From Promethearchaeota archaeon (lineage in GTDB: Archaea; Asgardarchaeota; Lokiarchaeia; Sigyniarchaeales; SOKP01): a DNA stretch of 59,364 bases. How positions within the stretch are numbered: the stretch's first letter is position 1; each line of letters begins with the position of its first letter. The stretch is taken from positions 124,786 through 184,149 of the forward strand of contig JAHPZI010000001.1 in the NCBI GenBank assembly GCA_019058295.1, given 5' to 3'. Of this stretch, positions 58,401 through 59,364 are shown piece by piece. The translations under genes and the position numbers were made by a program. The notes below the pieces were generated by a model. The model searched no databases and was not told the DNA's origin. It saw nothing but the letters and a program-made list of their open reading frames with translations.

Positions 58401-59364
58401 GGAGCAGAAAAGAGTATTTCAGGTGCTACAGTTAGTATTAATGGATCGGGAATATCGGATTTATTGACCCAACAAGGATCAGATAATTATACAATAACCA
58501 TAAATACAAATGATCTCAATCAAGGGATTAATTTTCTAACTATTTATGCGACAAAATCAGGATATCAACCTCAATCAGTATTACTCACAATACAAATAGT
58601 ACAAATCCAAACTAATTTAACTTTATTAGTAGATGATGTTGACATAACGAAAACACCATCAATTACACGAGAGATCGGCGATTTTATAAATATTACTACA
58701 TATTTTAGAGAACAATTACCACCCCAAAATCATATTTCTGGTGCTTCAATAAATGCTACAATTCCCGGTAAAAATTTTGTAATTAATGAAAGCCTTACAT
58801 ATAACCACTACAATTTAACCTTAGATACAAACGATTTGAATTTAGGAGTAAATTTCGTTACTATTTATGCATACTTAGCTAATTATCAACCTCAATCGTT
58901 AATCTTGACTATTGAGATAATTCCGAAAGAAACATTATTAAATATATCCTTGAATGGAGAAGATAGAACGGCTGACATAGATAAATCCATTGCCTTAGAT
59001 TGGAACGAATTATTGAATGTTTCTATTACATATCGAATAGATCCAACCGAGGTTCACATTGGAACTGCTACGGTAACAATAGTAGGAGGGGGATTTTCAG
59101 ATGAGCTTATAGAAAATGGACAAAAATATAATTTAACAATAAACACAGCAAGTTTAGGGGTGGGAGTTCATTATTTAACCATATTAGCTTATAAACCTAA
59201 TTATGAATCTCAATCAGTTGTAATTAGAGTTGAGGTGAATAATAGGGATACAAATATCCCTCTGATTGTCATAAATCTCGAAGATCGAACGACCGAAAAA
59301 ACGTACGAAATTGCGTGGAACGAAGCTTTCAACGTCAGCATCGCTTATAACGATACGGAGACGG
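55485..59364 (+). CDS. very large secreted/surface glycoprotein with tandem Ig-like repeats (partial, >1293 aa, runs off window)
   Basis: TTG start and signal-like MRITKQKNILKKRLLVLSIILFCNLFIIGL. The segments I translated, including the window end, are in this frame; absence from the ORF track is consistent with no stop. Many NxS/T sequons and ~106-aa beta-rich repeats. Confidence 0.88.
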   Translation, partial: MRITKQKNILKKRLLVLSIILFCNLFIIGLNSINFSSIESNDKDDTDLTNNALNTQDLEYDGQDNTYSGIGDSWNVTHWANRTDQNMDLTFNEGSTDIAEMPLGGTWEGYQIDAEIYNLYDERNWSNGTMSYGPDDGDYSANDDDTTYIANPYQSWVFTDGDGGSSNNNMAGNYLDSGYGPADGQDSLQLRMAGSSGGGYYRYEQGDYCSWDSTFNIPRGKVTDSILQFDYNPNRFADFNSWEFSVSIGTNKIYSIGSYSLRNIAGEGNWNTLSIPMGLWTNSTPVFSDPVQSQTIDLIFRLEYIAASASYSSGFYHIDYQEVFIDNVELITQAEALPSQLQLEINGTSVSNNGYGQGFANLTGNWQTDKVYTEFSCNDVGLLGNYQIDLETNLNIYATNPGPETLYETNTASEGTLFSVENNSIVEWDFYSYLAVLNEYEESSMKIEFPVDVNITWVSDPQDPGVNKLDQCDNTTQGVLLIPVNTISPTANGYWRFRAKSPNYCNQLNIYKNTTVIPTGSDWALDSTFLSGDYMNITLQLANTAVVSSYIDQTQAQLNIRFPDDTLWTSQAQIKTADSTGLVQFDLIQIPDAPPDYKVGEYEIILTWNNSVSDFGLNETGIIVKKITVKHSSTLTPVQSYYDDVFENSLIDLKVELTDTVNNYPIENAEVYCRNFTNGIQYFTDIGAGFYLFDNFNVSGASPGNNTLIINATSPSYTDSTTNVTIDIIRYTTLTAEEYPYLQAQWNKNFTIHLNYTETISGAGIITTPTNNWLGDTQTTMVAAGIYEIEFNTSVYEVNKLYSLLIDVDEIGYESQSILIKIELLERQTYINDIFFESVNHTEDKYIQINSGDLLNITVSYRDNESKEFISGATVKIVGGGLDKPLNESLIHNHYNITLNSTTDLNVGVTFLSITAQKQNFAFVSELITIYVGEIGSNYSIYVNGTDKTRSPALSTTVDKDLVINFMYRETAGAEKSISGATVSINGSGISDLLTQQGSDNYTITINTNDLNQGINFLTIYATKSGYQPQSVLLTIQIVQIQTNLTLLVDDVDITKTPSITREIGDFINITTYFREQLPPQNHISGASINATIPGKNFVINESLTYNHYNLTLDTNDLNLGVNFVTIYAYLANYQPQSLILTIEIIPKETLLNISLNGEDRTADIDKSIALDWNELLNVSITYRIDPTEVHIGTATVTIVGGGFSDELIENGQKYNLTINTASLGVGVHYLTILAYKPNYESQSVVIRVEVNNRDTNIPLIVINLEDRTTEKTYEIAWNEAFNVSIAYNDTET

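Overview
AT-rich archaeal chromosomal segment, most likely from a Lokiarchaeia/Promethearchaeota (Asgard) genome. This is inferred from a Rab-like GTPase, a tailed histone, UGA-Sec hdrA/mvhD with a eukaryote-type SECIS, an expanded orphan 7TM family and a giant Ig-repeat surface protein. It is mostly core or metabolic content: 2-hydroxyacyl-CoA dehydratase pair, GH13 amylase, glmU/glmS/glmM, an AGPS-like FAD oxidoreductase/CCG Fe-S/FGGY kinase cluster, purC/purSQL, padR-hsp20, an orphan m6A methyltransferase, nadE, rps13-rps4-rps11, hdrA-mvhD-frhB, serS, cofC-like, trmB, histone, thpR and an MFS transporter. No rRNA, tRNA, CRISPR array or mobile element was recognised. The most striking observation is that the S11 gene is interrupted by a 27-30 nt structured insertion carrying an in-frame UAA. 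It folds like a bulge-helix-bulge (BHB) archaeal intron and also has matched AAG take-off/landing codons, suggesting an mRNA intron or a ribosomal bypass element; the gene also appears to start at AUA. Other points missed by the ORF track: four in-frame UGA (Sec) codons in two adjacent genes with only one evident SECIS, a 53-aa CdrS-like RHH gene, a candidate sRNA with a duplicated promoter, and a >1290-aa surface protein running off the window end.
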